Shown here in pieces: positions 25,055 to 38,421 of a DNA stretch of 64,000 bases. Under the pieces are notes generated by a model. It was not told the origin of the DNA, did no database searches, and worked only from the letters and a program-made list of their open reading frames with translations. This DNA is from Squalus acanthias (Eukaryota). Position 1 is the stretch's first letter; each line of letters starts with the position of its first letter. A program made the position numbers and the translations under genes. The stretch covers positions 186,001-250,000 of the forward strand of contig JASTWF010000584.1 of the NCBI GenBank assembly GCA_030390025.1, given 5' to 3'.

Positions 25055-25339
25055 GTTGCACAGTTAGTGCGAGCGTCCGCTCAGATGAAACAGATGGATA
25101 ACTGACTCTGCAGGTGAGAGTCTGTCCGTGGTGTTTTACTGATGGGATCAGGGTCAGAACAGCAGTATATGTCAGAGTGATGCCATGCTGAGTTACTCTG
25201 TTTGATACTGACCCGGGTATGTCAGTGTGATTGACCCAGGTTAAGACAGGTGCTGTTCCCTTGCACGTGGTGTTGAAGGTGCAGCTTACGTCCACACGCT
25301 TTCCTGCAATAATTTCAGCCGGGAATATCGTGGGTTTAT
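25055..25339 (-). pseudogene. Siglec-like C2-set Ig exon 1 (KPTIFPAE...VSCTFNTTCKG...LTCRVSYP...LTVQ)
   Basis: 285 nt, phase 1-1, extra Cys typical of Siglec domain 2 (interdomain disulfide), canonical sites. Confidence 0.9.
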
Positions 25340-26347
25340 CTGTGAAAACTAACACACAGAGAATGGATCCTTTTAGATAAATATAACATGAAGCATCAGT
25401 TCAAATAGAAATCATTGTCCCGCAAGTGAAACTATTTTTACAAAGATGATAGCAAAGGTTATAATGATCAGGAAAGACTGAACAGGCTGGGGCTCTTTTC
25501 TCGTGAAAAGAGATGGCTGAGGGGTGGCCTAACAGAGGTCTTTAAAATGATGAAGGAGTTTGATAGAGTAGACGTAGAGAAGATGTTTCCACTTGTTGGG
25601 GGAGACCAGAACTAGGGGTCATCAATATAATATAGTCACTAATAAATCCATCAGGGAATTCAGGAGAAACTTCTTTACCAAGAGAGTGGTGAGAATGTGA
25701 AACTCGCTCCCACAGGGAGTGATTGAGGCTAATAGCACTGATGCATTGAAGGGGAAGCTAGAGAGGTGCATGAGGGAAAAAGGAATAGAAGGATATGCTG
25801 ATAGGGTGAGATGAAGGACGGTGGGAGGAAGCTCGTGTGGAGCATACACACCAGCATCGACCAGTTGTGCCGAATGGCCTGTTTGTGACTCTCGATGTAA
25901 CTCTGTGTAACGCTGTGTTAATCTGTGTTACTCTGTGCAACTCCCTGTAACGATGTTAGAGAAAGTACTTTCCTATTTTCAGGTTTGGCTGAGTGTCTGT
26001 CATTGTGCTTAAAGCACTTTCACTCCGAGACCCTTGAATTGTCAATAATGGGAGGGGGTGGATGAGCAAGTCACACCTCGGATCCTCACTTTCACAATGA
26101 TCTCTGCCTTTGTTAAATTATATCCTGTACTCAGCAGGACCGAAACAATTTACATTTATCCCTTAACCGACAACTAAAACAGATGATCTGGTCATTTATC
26201 TCACTGATGTTTGTGGGAGCTTGTTGTGCACAATTTGGCTGCTGCGATTCCTACATTGCAAGAGTGACTACACTTCAAATGTACTTCTTTGACTGTCAAG
26301 CGCATCGGGACATCCTGCGGTCATGAAGAGCGCTATAGAAATGCAAG

Positions 26348-29300
26348 GATCTCAGCTCGGAAGATCAGGAAGTAGAATCAGTATGGGTGGAGATAAGGAA
26401 TAACAAGGGTCAGAAAACACTGGTAGGGGTATTATATAGGCCCCCTAACAGTAGCTATACTGTTGGACAGAATATTAATCAAGAAATAGTAGGAGCTTGC
26501 AACAAAGGTAATGCAATAATCTTGGGGGACTTTAATCTTCATACAGACTGGACAAATCAAATTGGCAAAGGTAGTCTGGAGGACGAGTTCATGGAATGCA
26601 TTCGGGGCAGTTTCCTTGAACAATATGTCATGGAACCAACCAGGGAACAGGTTATTTTAGATCTTGTATTGTGTAATGAGACAGGGTTAATTAGCAATAT
26701 CATAGTAAATGATCCTCTGGGGCAGATTGATCATAATATGATAGACTTTCACATTAATTTTGAGAGTGACTTGCCTAAGTCCGAAACTAGAGTCTTAAAC
26801 TTAAATAAAGCCAATTACATAGGCATGAGGGGTGAGTTGGCCAAGGTAGATTGGTAAAATAGATTAAAAGTATGGCAGTAGATAAGCAGTGGCTAGCATT
26901 TAAAGAAATATTTCATAATTCGCAACAAAAATATATTCCATTGAGAAACAAAAACTCCACGGGAAAAGTGATCCTACTGTGGCTAAATAAAGAAGTTAAG
27001 GATAGCATTAGATTGAAAGAAGAAGCTTATAATGTTGCAAAGAATAATAGTAAGCCTGAGGATTGGGAGACTTTCAGAAACCAGCAAAGGTTGACCAAAA
27101 AAATTGATAAAAAATGGAAAAAATAGAATGAGAGAAAACTAACAAGAAATATAAAAGCAGATTGTAAGAGCTTCTACAAGTATGTAAAAAGGAAGAGAGT
27201 AGCAAAAGTAAACGTTGGTCCCTTAGAGGCTGAAACAGGAGAAATTATTATGGGAAATAAGGAAATGGCAGAAACGTTAAACAAATATTTTGTATCTGTC
27301 TTCACAGTAGAAGACACAAAAAGCATACTAAAAATAGTGGGGAATCAAGGTTCTAATGAGGGTGAGGTACTTAACATAATTAATATAAGTAGAGAAAAAT
27401 TATTAGACAAATTAATGGAACTAAAAGCCGACAAATCCCCTGGAACTGATGGCCTACATCCTAAGGTTCTAAAAGAGGTGGTTGAAGAGATAGTGGATGC
27501 ATTGGCTTGATCTTTCAAAATTCTCTAGATTCTAGAACGGTCCCAAGGGATTGGAAGGTAGCAAATGTAACACCGCTATTCAAGAAAGGAGGGAGAGATC
27601 AAATAGAGAGCTACAGGCCAGTTAGCATGACATCAGTCGTCAGGAAAATGCTGGACTCCATTGTTAAGGAAGTGGTATCAGGCACTTAGAAAATCATAAC
27701 ATGATTAGCAGAGTCAACATTGTTTTATGAAAGGGAAATCGTGTTTGACAAATATATTAGAGTTTTTTGAGGATGTAACTAGCAGGGTAGATAAAGGGGA
27801 ACCATTGGATGTAATATATTTGGATTTCCAAAAGGCATTCGATAAGGTGCTACATAAAAGGTTATTACACAAGATTAGGACTCATGGGGTTGGGGGTAAT
27901 ATAATAGCATGGATAGAAGATTGGTTAACCGACAGAAAACAGAGAGTAGGGATAAAAGGATCTTTTTCAGGTTGGCAGGCTGTAACTAGTGGGGTGCCGC
28001 AAGGATCAGTGTTGGGGCCTCAGCTGTTTACAATCTATATTAATGGCCTAGATGAAGGGACTGACTGTAATGTATCCAAGTTTGCTGATGATACAAAGCC
28101 AGTTGGGACAGGAAGCTATGAGGAGAACACAAAGGGCTGGATTTTACCTGCCGTGACAAGTTGGCGGCGGGACTGCTGCCGTCCAGGTTCTAGTCCCGTC
28201 CCCAGCGACGTCCGACGCACAGACGCTATTTTCCCCTGATTGGCCTTGTTAAGCCCGCCCTGCGGGCTTGCCGGCCAATTAAGGGAAAGGCGGTGTCAGA
28301 TGACATCAGTTGATGACACTTCATCTGCCGGTTTTCTTAAAGGGACATGCAGCATTTATTTTTGACAGAGGATTTGTCAGTGTTTGACAGCATGAGGTGC
28401 TGTCAAACACTGACCATCACTGTACAAAGGTAAGCCCTTGTACTAAGGCTCTCCATTTACTCTCTCCTTAGGATAAAACAGATGGCAGCTGCAGATGAGG
28501 TTACAGAAGCGATCTGTCACTTCTCCCAATGAGGTGAGGCCACACAAACACTTCAAAGCTTGTCACCTACAGGAAAATCTAAACACATTAAAAATGATTT
28601 TCCCCAAATCTCCTTACCTCTGATACTCCCATTGGATCCTTCACACTACTGCTGCAGTTGTCATCTATACACAAACAATACAACAGACCCACAGCACCCC
28701 TCACCTACCCTGACGGGACTCCCCGGCGTCAGGAAGCCCGCAGCAGAAGTCTCAAAATGGGAAAAAGCCTCTGTTAACAGGCAGTTAAGTGGCTATAATC
28801 CTTATCCTGTAGCTAGGAGTCAGGGCCTATTGGGGACCCGACTCCCGGGAAGATTGGTTGGAGCCGGGTTGGGAGCAGGTTCAGGACCCGCTCCCATTCT
28901 TTTTGATTTTACCAGCAGTTCCGCCTCCAAACCCGCCTCCTCAGGGCTGGTAAAATCCAGCCCTAAGAGTCTGCAAAGGGATATAGATAGACTAAGTGAG
29001 TGGGCAGTAAGGTGGCAGATGGAGTATAATGTAGGGAAATGTGAGGTTAATCACTTTGGTCGGAAGAATAGAAAAACAGAATAATTTTTAAATGGTGAGA
29101 AACTTTCAAATGTTGGTGTTCAGAGAGATTTGGGTGTCCTCGTGCAAGAAACACAGAAAGCTAGCATGCAGGTACAGCAAGCAATAAGGAAGGCAAATGG
29201 CATGTTGGCCTTTATTGCAAAGGGGGTTGGAGTATAAGAGTAAGGAATCTTGCTACAGTTGTACAAGGCCTTGGTGAGACCACACCTGGAGTACTGTGTT

Positions 29301-29848
29301 CAGCTTTGGTCTCCTTATCTGAGGAAGGATATACTTGCCTTGGAGGCAGTGCAACGAAGGTTCACTAGATTGATTCCTGGGAGGAGAGGGCTGTCCTATG
29401 ATGAGAGATTGTGTAGAATGGGCCTATACTCTCTGGAGTTTAGAAGAATGACAGGTGATCTCATTGAAACATACATGATTCTGAAGGGGATTTACAGGGT
29501 AGATGCTGAGAGGTTGTTTCCCCTGGCTGGAGAGTCTAGAACTAGGGCGTATAGTCTCAGGATAAGGGGTCGGCCATTTAAGCCTGAGATGAGGAGGAAT
29601 TTCTTCACTCAGAGGATTGTGAATCTTTGGAATTCTCCACCCCAGAGGGTTGTGGATGCTGAGACTTTGAGTATATTCAAGGCTGAGATGGATAGATTTT
29701 TGGACTCCATGGGATCGAGGGATATGGAGATCGGGCGGGAAAGTGGAGTTGAGGTCGATGATCAGCCATGATCTTATTGAGTGGCGGAGCAGGCTCGAGG
29801 GGCCGTATGGCGTACTCCTGCTCTTATTTATTATGTTCTTATGTTCTT
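26348..29848 (+). mobile_element. 5'-truncated CR1
   Basis: APE/RT fragments, 3' stem-loop, ttatgttc tail. Contains the MITE at 28134. Confidence 0.9.
28134..28963. mobile_element. Harbinger-type non-autonomous element (830 bp)
   Basis: Perfect 15-bp TIR gggctggattttacc, TSD aaa/taa, interrupts the CR1 RT. Confidence 0.9.
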
Positions 29849-30130
29849 TACTTTGTCTATATGTCAGAATTTAAACACGATTAGAGAGATAGATGGGAGT
29901 TGATAACCTGATAACATTGATGGACACAGTCAAGACATTCAATCATTATAATAAAGTGAGTATTAGAGGATGCTTTAGGACTGAAGTGGAAGATATCACC
30001 AGGATATTGGTAATCAGACGCTGCATTATAATAAGCTGTGTTTTATGTTAATATGTAACCGCCACAGTTTATGTTATTTCCCATTGACTGTTGAACGTGA
30101 ATTATTGAGTAATTATAACACAGCACTTAC

Positions 30131-30496
30131 AAGAAACTTGAAGCAGTGTGTCAGGTTTGTAGCTGTAGCCTCCCTTGTTGTCAGAAAATTCTATCCTGAA
30201 ATAATAAGGACCTGCATCTTCCTGTGTGATGTTGTTTATAATCAGTGAACAGTCGCCATCTTTCAGGTCTCTAGACAGCCGGATCCGATGTCGTAACTGT
30301 GGCGACTGATTGTGATACTTGGAGTGAAAGGCTACAGACCATAATATCCGTCTCTCATTTTTATACCAGGTTCCAACTCTTGTTTGGTTTGACAGAATCG
30401 ATGGATAACTGTAATGACATGGAATCTGTGCACACAAACCTTCCTGTGCTTTCACATCTCGTGGAGTGTTGCCTTTCCACTCTTGTGACAATACAG
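30131..30496 (-). pseudogene. Siglec-like V-set sialic-acid-binding exon
   Basis: 366 nt, phase 1-1. GLCAQIPCHYSYP, GDCSLII and DAGPYYFRIE (essential Arg) present, frame open. Confidence 0.92.
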
Positions 30497-30923
30497 CTGA
30501 GGAGAAAAATATCAATATTTAGCACTGGATGGCTTTTCGCTCCACTAGACTCGATCTTCAGCCCCTCAGCCACTGGCGCACTGTGGCTGCAATGTGTACC
30601 ATCTACAGGACAAACAAAGAACTCACCAAGGTTACTCAACAGATGAAAGGGAATCCTGGACATGGGAGTGGAAAAGTATGTTCTATATTGACTCAAGGAC
30701 CTCAGGACCCTGTTTAGTGAAGCAAGTCTTCAACCCAACACAAAGCCTAAAAGACCCACCTATGGAGATATATTCTGCGCTGAATTACAATGCAGGAACA
30801 ATGGATTGGAAACCATCAGAACTCACGCCATTTTCTCCATTATGAATTACTATTTAAAACCTTCTTGTTTGGTCTGCAACCCATCTGATTGGCTGGGCTG
30901 ATTCAGTCTACTTGGCACACTTT

Positions 30924-32671
30924 GGCTGCGATTTCCCCAACCTCGGCGGGTCCCTGGCGGGCGAGGTAGATGGCGCGTTGTGACCTCGCTGCTGGCTCCA
31001 TCCCAGCCTCCGACATGACTTTCCCCTGATTGGGCATGTTAAACCCGCCCTGTGTGTTTGCCGGCCAATTGAAGGAAGTGGGTCTGATGACATTATTTGA
31101 TGAGTTTCATTATCAGCCAGTTTCCTTAAAGGGATCATGCGCAAATTTACTTTGACATCTGTACTGTCAGTGTTCCAGTGCATTGAGGTGCTGCAAACAC
31201 TGACAAGCACTGCAGAGAGGTGAACGGCTGCACCCAGGCTCACCTATGACTCCCTTCATATGCTTATGGAGGGAGTCACAACACACAGGGTGGTTCTCTT
31301 CCCTTCGAATGGGCGGAAGAGACTTCCCCAGGAGACCAACGCAGCCTGGTTGTACATTGCATAGGAGGGCGCAAGTAGGGATGTCATCAGGAGGACCAGG
31401 CTGCAGTGGCTCAAACCTTTCAATTATCTCAATAGATGACAAAACATTACTGCAAAGTCACACTCAACCTCATCCTGCTGTGCCTCTCATCACATCCTAT
31501 TACTCTGCCTACCCTACCCTACTCCTGCACATCCTTACTCACACCAACTTACCTTGCACCTCCACCCATCCCTCTCTATCGACATTATCATTTCCCCATC
31601 TCACTAGACTCCCCTCACACTCACCCTCATCCTCGTCCAATCATACCAACTAACAACACACAAGGGTAGGCACTTGTGTGTTTTAGCCAATTTTCATGTG
31701 AAGTTTCTGTTAATGTGCTGTCAAACATTGAAATCTTTATTTTCAACACTTTGCGTTCTTGAACAGATTTGTGTACACATTTGGAAGTGGCTTAGTGAGT
31801 TGCAGTGAATGGTGAGACATAACGGCACCCCCTGCAATGCTGATCAGTGTGAAAGGAATGGCTTGGGCATTTTAGGGATGCTTTATGGTGTTGGTGTGGG
31901 GTGGTGCCAACCTTGGCGCATCATGTGGCAGCCAGGATTTACAGCATCAAGTGAAGTAAATGCGGCAATGGTGAGGCTATCCCTGGTGTCCCGGGCAGCA
32001 ATGTGGTCGGGTGCTGATGCCCTCTGTCCTGTCAGCATCAGGTGATTGAGGAGAAGGTTGGTGTGTTTGTTCGTGCTGCTGGTGAGCCTGGTGCTGCTGG
32101 TGTTGCGGCTGATTGTGGTCGGATGCTGAGGACCAAGGTGAGACAGTATGAAGGGCTCCCATGTTGATGGAATAGATGGCAGGTGAAGTTGAGATGACAG
32201 AAGCAATCTGTCAATGGTGAGAGAGGTTGTTCTAATGAGGTGACACTGAATAGAGAGTTTGCTACATACACTTGCAACCTGCAAAAAGCTGAATCTGGCT
32301 TCCAAATGCAGTAAGGAACAGCTGCTGAGCTTGGAAAGTAAACAGCTGTGAGATGGGAGCTTTTATAGCACATTTGCAGCTGTCAAGTAATGAGATGATT
32401 CCACGAGCAGCGTGGACCCCACTGGCGAGCTGGTAAATTCTAAAGGTGAGCTCAAAACTGTTGTTAATCCTCTGTTAACAAGGTCATACTGACCTGAATT
32501 GCCTCCCCCGCCGCTACGTGTCGGGTCTGCTCAGCGCTGACAGACCCGACATTTGATAAAGGTGTGTGTCAGCGGGTTGACAGTGGGGTCCCGATCTGCT
32601 GTTTAAAAACACACTTTCCCTCCCGACCCGCCACCGATCGTGCCTGCTGACCCCCCTGGAAAATTCCCCAC
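30924..32671. mobile_element. Internally deleted Harbinger keeping the 5' ends of both genes
   Basis: Imperfect TIRs, ttt flanks. Plus-strand Myb/SANT remnant at about 31228-31435 (AAPRLTYDSLHMLMEGV...LFP...AW..IA*...KPFNYL). Minus-strand 32000-32200 resembles the transposase 5' end at 58250-58400. Confidence 0.7.
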
Positions 32672-32680
32672 TTTGTGTCT

Positions 32681-33030
32681 TCATTGTCTAAGGAATCTCT
32701 TTGGATCCTCATTTTCTAAGGAATCTCTTTGTATCCTCATTGTCTAAGGAATCATTTTGGATGTTCATTGTCTGAGGAATCACTTTAGATCTCCATTGTC
32801 TATGGAATCACTTTGGATCCTCATTGTCTAAGGAATCTCTTTGTATCCTCATTGTCTAAGGAAGCACTTTGTATCCTCATTGTCTATGGAATCATTTTGG
32901 ATCTTCATTGTCAAAGGAATCATTTTGGATCTTCATTGTCTGAGGAATCACTTTAGATCTTCATTGTCTATGGAATCACTTTGGATCTTCACTGACGAAG
33001 GAATCATTTTGGAGCTTCATTGTCTAAGGA
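32681..33030. repeat. 28-bp minisatellite, about 12.5 copies
   Basis: tcattgtctaaggaatc(a/t)ctttggatc(c/t) with period 28 (32681, 32709, 32737 ... 33017). Confidence 0.9.
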
Positions 33031-33255
33031 TTATTTTAGATACAAAACCAATGTTGTTGTAGATTGATTCCAATACAGCATTGCAGACTGACTTGTCCCC
33101 AAGCTCAGCACTGGCCCTACTCCAGCAGACACTTTGAAGCACAGTAGCAAAGGGCCTCTAGCCTGAGCTCTGAATGTGTCGGAGATGCAGCTGTGTTGGG
33201 TTCATGACTTTCACAGATGGACTCACTGCGTGTTTGTTAAAACTGAACTGGGCCC

Positions 33256-33484
33256 TGACGTAAGAAAACTACTAGGCACTTGGTCCGAGTATTAAACAAA
33301 GCTTTAATCAACTGTTTTACAACATGGAGATCTAGTTGTGTCCTTTCCTCGTTCCTGTTAAAGAATGTCCTGAGCAAGCTGGGCCCATGCCTGAGTATTT
33401 ATACTCTCCCTGGACAGCGCCACCAGTAGGCCGCCCAGTATTATTTCATAAGTAATTTCCACATGAATGACAAGATTCATGTCA
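33256..33484 (-). mobile_element. Solo LTR (same family as 4961-5178)
   Basis: TGAC...GTCA termini, perfect 5-bp TSD GGCCC. Confidence 0.85.
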
Positions 33485-33537
33485 GGCCCCACCTTAAACA
33501 ATGATGGCAAACACCTCGTGTTCCCTGTTCTTCTGCA

Positions 33538-36014
33538 ATTTTAATCTACATATAGATTGGGCTAACCAAATTAGTAACAATACTGTGGAGGAGGAATTCC
33601 TAGAGTGTATACGGGATGGTTTCCTGGACCAATATGTCGAGGAACCAACTAGAGATCAGGCCATCTTAGACTGGGCATTATGCAATGAGAAAGGATTAAT
33701 TAGCATTCTTGTTGTGCGAGGCCCCTTGGGGAGGAGCGATCATAATATGATAGAATTCTTCATTCAGATGGAGAGTGAAGTAGTTGACTTAGAGACTAGG
33801 GTCCTGAATTTAAATAAAGGAAACTATGATGGTATGAGGCGCGAGTTGGCTAGGGTGGATTGGGGAGCGTTACTTAAAGGGTTGATGGTGGATAGGCAAT
33901 GGCAAGCATTTAAAGATTGCATGGATGAACTACAGAATTTGTTTATCCCTGTTTGGCATAAAAATAAAACAAAAAAGGTGACTCAACCGTGGCTAACAAG
34001 GGAAATTAGGGATAGCATACGATCCAAGGAGAGGACAAATAAATTGGCCAGAAAAAGCAGCAAACCTGAGGATTGGGAGCAGTTTAGGATTCAGCAAAGG
34101 AGGACAAAGGGATTAATTAAGAGGGGGAAAATAGAGTATGAGAGTAAGCTGTCAGGGAACATAAAAATTGACTGTAAAAGCTTCTATAGATATGTGAAGA
34201 GAAAAAGATTGGTGAAGTCAAGCGTAGGTCCCTTGCAGTCAGAATCAGGGGAATTTATAATGGGGAACAAAGAAATGGCTGACGAATTAAATACTTACTT
34301 TGGTTCTGTCTTCACAAAGGAGGACACAAATAAATTCCCAGAGATGTCGGGGAACATAGGGTCTAATGAGAGGGAGGAATTGAATGAAATCACTATTTGT
34401 AGGGAAATGGTGTTAGGGAAATTGACGGGATTGAAGGCCGATAAATCCCCAGGCCTGATAATCTACATCCTAGGGTACTTAAGGAAGTGGCCCTAGAAAT
34501 AATAGATGCATTGCTGGTCATCTTTCAAAATTCTATAGACTCTGGAACAGTTCCCATGGATTGGAAGGTAGCGAATGAAACCCCACTATTTAAAAAAGGT
34601 GGTAGAGAAAAAACGGGGAATTATAGACCGGTAAGCCTGACATCGGTAGTGGGCAAAATGCTACAGTCCATTATAAAAGATGTAATAGCAGAGCACTTGG
34701 AAAACAGTGACAGGATCGGACAAAGTCAACATGGATTTACAAAAGGGAAATCATGCCTGACTAATCTACTGGAATTTTTTGAGGATGCAACTGGTAGAAT
34801 AGATAAGGGAAAAACAGTGGATGTGGTGTATTTGGACTTTCAGAAGGCTTAAGATAAGGTCCTGCATAAGAGATTAGCGTGCAAAGTTAAAGCACATGGG
34901 ATTGGGAGTGAGGTACTGATTTGGATAGAGAACTGGTTGGCAGACAGGAAGCAAAGAGTTGGAATAAATGGGTCTTTTTCCGAGTGGCAGGCAGTGACTA
35001 GTGGGGTACCACAGGGATCGGTGCTAGGACCCCAGTTATTCACAATATATATTCATGATCTAGACGAGGGAACTAGATGTAATATCTCTAAGTTTGCAGA
35101 TGACACAAAGCTGGGTGGGCGTGTGTGCTGTAAGGAAGATGCAGAGAAACTCCAGTATGATTTGCACAGGTTGGGTGATTGGGCAGATGCGTGGCAGATG
35201 CAGTATAATGTGGATAAATGTGAGGTTATCCACTTTGGTGGCAAAAACAGGAAGACAGATTATTATCTGAACAGCAATAGATTGGGAAAAGGGGAAGTGC
35301 AACGAGATCTGGGAGTCCTTGTGCACCAGTCACTGAAGGTAAGCATGCAGGTGCAGCAGGCGGTTAAGAAGGCAAATGGTATGTTGGCCTTCATAGCGAG
35401 AGGATTCGAGTACAGGAGCAAGGATGTCTTGCTGCAGTTATACAAGGCCTTGGTGAGACCACACCTTGAGTATTGTGTGCAGTTTTGGTCGCCTTATCTG
35501 AGGAAGGAGGTTCTTGCCATGGAGGGAATGCAGCGAAGATTTACCAGACTGATACCTGGGATGGCAGGAATGACGTATGAAGAGAGATTGGGTCGATTAG
35601 ACTTATATTCGCTAGAGTTTTGAAGAATGAGAGGGGATCTCATTGAAACTTATAAAATTCTAACAGGACTAGACAGACTAGATGCAGGAAGGATGTTCCC
35701 GATGGCGGGGGAGTCCAGAACCAGAGGTCATAGTCTAAGGATAAGGGGTGACTGAGATGAGGAGGAAATTCTTCACCCAGAGAGTGGTGAACCTGTGTAA
35801 CTCTCACCACAGAAGGCAGTTGAGGCCAATTCATTAAATATATTCAAGAAGGAGTTAGATATATTTCTTAAGGCTAACGGGACAAAGGGATATGGGGAGA
35901 AAGCAGGGACAGGGTACTGAATTTGGATGATCAGCCATGATCTCATTGAATGGCGGAGCAGGCTCGAGGGGCCGAATGGCCTCCTCCTGCTCCTATCTTC
36001 TGTGCTTCTATGCT
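33538..36014 (+). mobile_element. 5'-truncated CR1 (same family as 21148-24779)
   Basis: APE/RT ORFs with frameshifts and stops, CR1 tail. Confidence 0.9.
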
Positions 36015-37047
36015 AATATTCATGATTCTAACAGGAAAGAAAATGAGTTGCTGATAAGGAACTTAAATCATGGAATCACGGAAACTTAAAACACTTTGAA
36101 GGAGCGATCCAATTACTCTCACCCCCCTGCTCTTTCCTCATAGCCCTGCAAATTTTTCCACTTCAAGTGTTTATCCAATTCCCTTTTGAAAGTTACCATT
36201 GAATCTGCTTCCACCGCCCTTTCAGGCAGCGCACTCCAGATTAGAACAACTCGCTGCGTAAAAATAATCCTCCTCACCTCCCCTTGGCTTGGATTGTAAT
36301 CATCACTGTAGGGCTATAGTTGAATTTCTCCACCAAAGAGACAGCACAGGCATGATGGGCTGAATGAACTCTTTCTGTAATATAAGATTCTATAATTCTG
36401 TGAAATGTAACTGCAGAGCAGATCAGAGGCAAACAGTGAAACTCTGTATATTTGAGACCTTTATACATTTCCTGGTATGCCTTTTTCTATCTTTCAGTTA
36501 TTTTGCACCCTTATAGTGGTTGCTCTCATGGTGAGAATGGGCAGGAAGCTGAACTGCCTGTCTATTCTAAGTGCTGCTGTGTTGTCTTCAGGGCGATTTC
36601 TCACTAAAATCAGCAAAAGACACAAATTTCAGGACTTTGCTATCGGAACTCTAGCATATGGAGAGATTTCTTCCCTCAGTTTTTATCCCCCTTCTCTCCT
36701 CGACCCGTTTCCCCCTGTGCTCGGTGACCTACATTGGCTCCCGGGCCGGCAACACTTTGAATTTAAAATCCTCATCCTCGATTTCAAATCGCCCCGTGGC
36801 CTATCTCCACTCCCCATCTCTGTAACCTCCTCCAGCCCTGCAACCCTCCAAGATGTCTGTGCTCCTCCAAGTGTTGCCAGACTAGAAAATGTATGTCAGC
36901 AGGCAGTGGGGTGATGGGTGAACGGGACTTGGTGCGAGTTACTACGCTGGGTCACTGCTGAATTTGGTCCCCAATCATTGCTCAATCAGAATGATCTTGA
37001 GCAAAGACTATTAACCATAAATATGTCCAAGCAGACGATGATATTAC

Positions 37048-37129
37048 CTTGGAGAAGTGACAGGAGGCAGTAAGATATCTTGATCATTGTCTGCTCCCAG
37101 ATATTTCTTCAACTTCTCACCCTCAAGGT
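37048..37129 (-). pseudogene. Siglec-like signal-peptide exon (ATG at 37087; MIKISYCLLSLLQ then AVLSQEW in the next exon)
   Basis: Acceptor ctgtttcag at 37130-31, donor AAG|gtaat, phase 1 joining the V exon into a credible signal peptide. Confidence 0.75.
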
Positions 37130-37277
37130 CTGAAACAGAATGGAGTTAATGAGACCTCACCTCTTGCCCAATAGCGCTCAAGAGATCAAAACTGCTTTTA
37201 GACAATGTCTTCACAGACAAATTGATTCAACGTGGGATGATAGGTGCTCTGCAGTGAGTTACAAGGCTTTAAGTAAG

Positions 37278-38237
37278 AAAAACTTGCATTTCTATAGCGG
37301 CTTTCACTACCTCAGGACGTCCCAAAGCGCTTTACAGCCAATGAAGTATTTTTTGAAGTGTCGTCACTGTTGTAATGCAGGAAAGGTGTCAGCCATTTTG
37401 CGCACAGCAAGCTCCCACAAATATAATGTGATCATGACCAGGTCGTCTGGTTTTCAGTGATGCTGGTTGAGGGATAAATATTGGCCCCAGGGCATCGGGG
37501 AGAACTCCCCTGCTTTTCTTCCAAATAATGCCATGGGACCTTTTAGGTTCAGCTTAAAGGGCAAACAGGGCCTCAATTTAACTTCCCATCCGAAAGACGG
37601 CACCTCCGACAGTGCAACACTCCCTCAGTACAGCCCCTCCGACAGTACGGCACTCCCTCAGTACAGCACTCTAACAGTGCAGCGCTCCCTCAGTACTGCC
37701 CTTCCGACAGTGCGGCAATCCCTCAGTACTGCCCCTCCGACAGTGCAGCACTCCCTCAGTACTGCCCTTCCGACAGTGCGGCAATCCCTCAGTACTGCCC
37801 CTCCGACAGTGCAGCACTCCCTTGGTACTGCCCCTCCAACAGTGCAACGCTCCCTCAGTACTGCCCGTGCAACAGCGCAGCACTCCCTCAGTACTGCCCC
37901 TCCGACAATGCAGCGCTCCTTCAGTACTGCCCCTCCTACAGTGCAGCACTCACTCAGTACTGCCCCTCCGACAGTGCAGCGCTCCCTCAGTACAGCCCCT
38001 CCGACAGTGCAGCACTCCCTCAGTACTGCCCCTCCGACAGTGCAGCACTCCCTCAGTACTGCCCATCCAACAGTGCAGCACTCCCTCAGTAGTGCCCCTC
38101 CGACAGTGCAGCGCTCCCTCAGTACTGCCCCTCCGACTGTGCAGCGCTCCCTCAGTACTGCCCCTCCGACAGTGCAGCACTTCATCAGTACTGGCCCTGG
38201 GCACTTCGGCCTGGATCTTGTGCTCAAGTCTCTGGAC
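37278..38237 (-). mobile_element. SacSINE1/DeuSINE-like SINE with a 33-bp minisatellite (about 37600-38190)
   Basis: Deu-like body and tail at 37278-37600 followed by tandem cagtactgcccctccgacagtgcagcactccct. Confidence 0.8.
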
Positions 38238-38421
38238 TTCCCTTGTTCCCTGAACTAGAAAGATGTCCTGTCCGACAGACTTCAGCCCTAAGCCCAGATC
38301 TCAGTAATAAGTAGAAATCTTGAGAAGGCATCAATCATTGGAATCTGTCTTTATAAACTCACAACACCAAAAAAGGATGACGTTGGTCATGGAAGTGAAT
38401 TGCAATCATTCCGTTACTTAC

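Noticed and set aside
37467-38258. 263-aa repetitive ORF (and similar ORFs at 9262-10019)
   Set aside because: Produced by a stop-free 33-bp SINE-derived minisatellite that is open in several frames.
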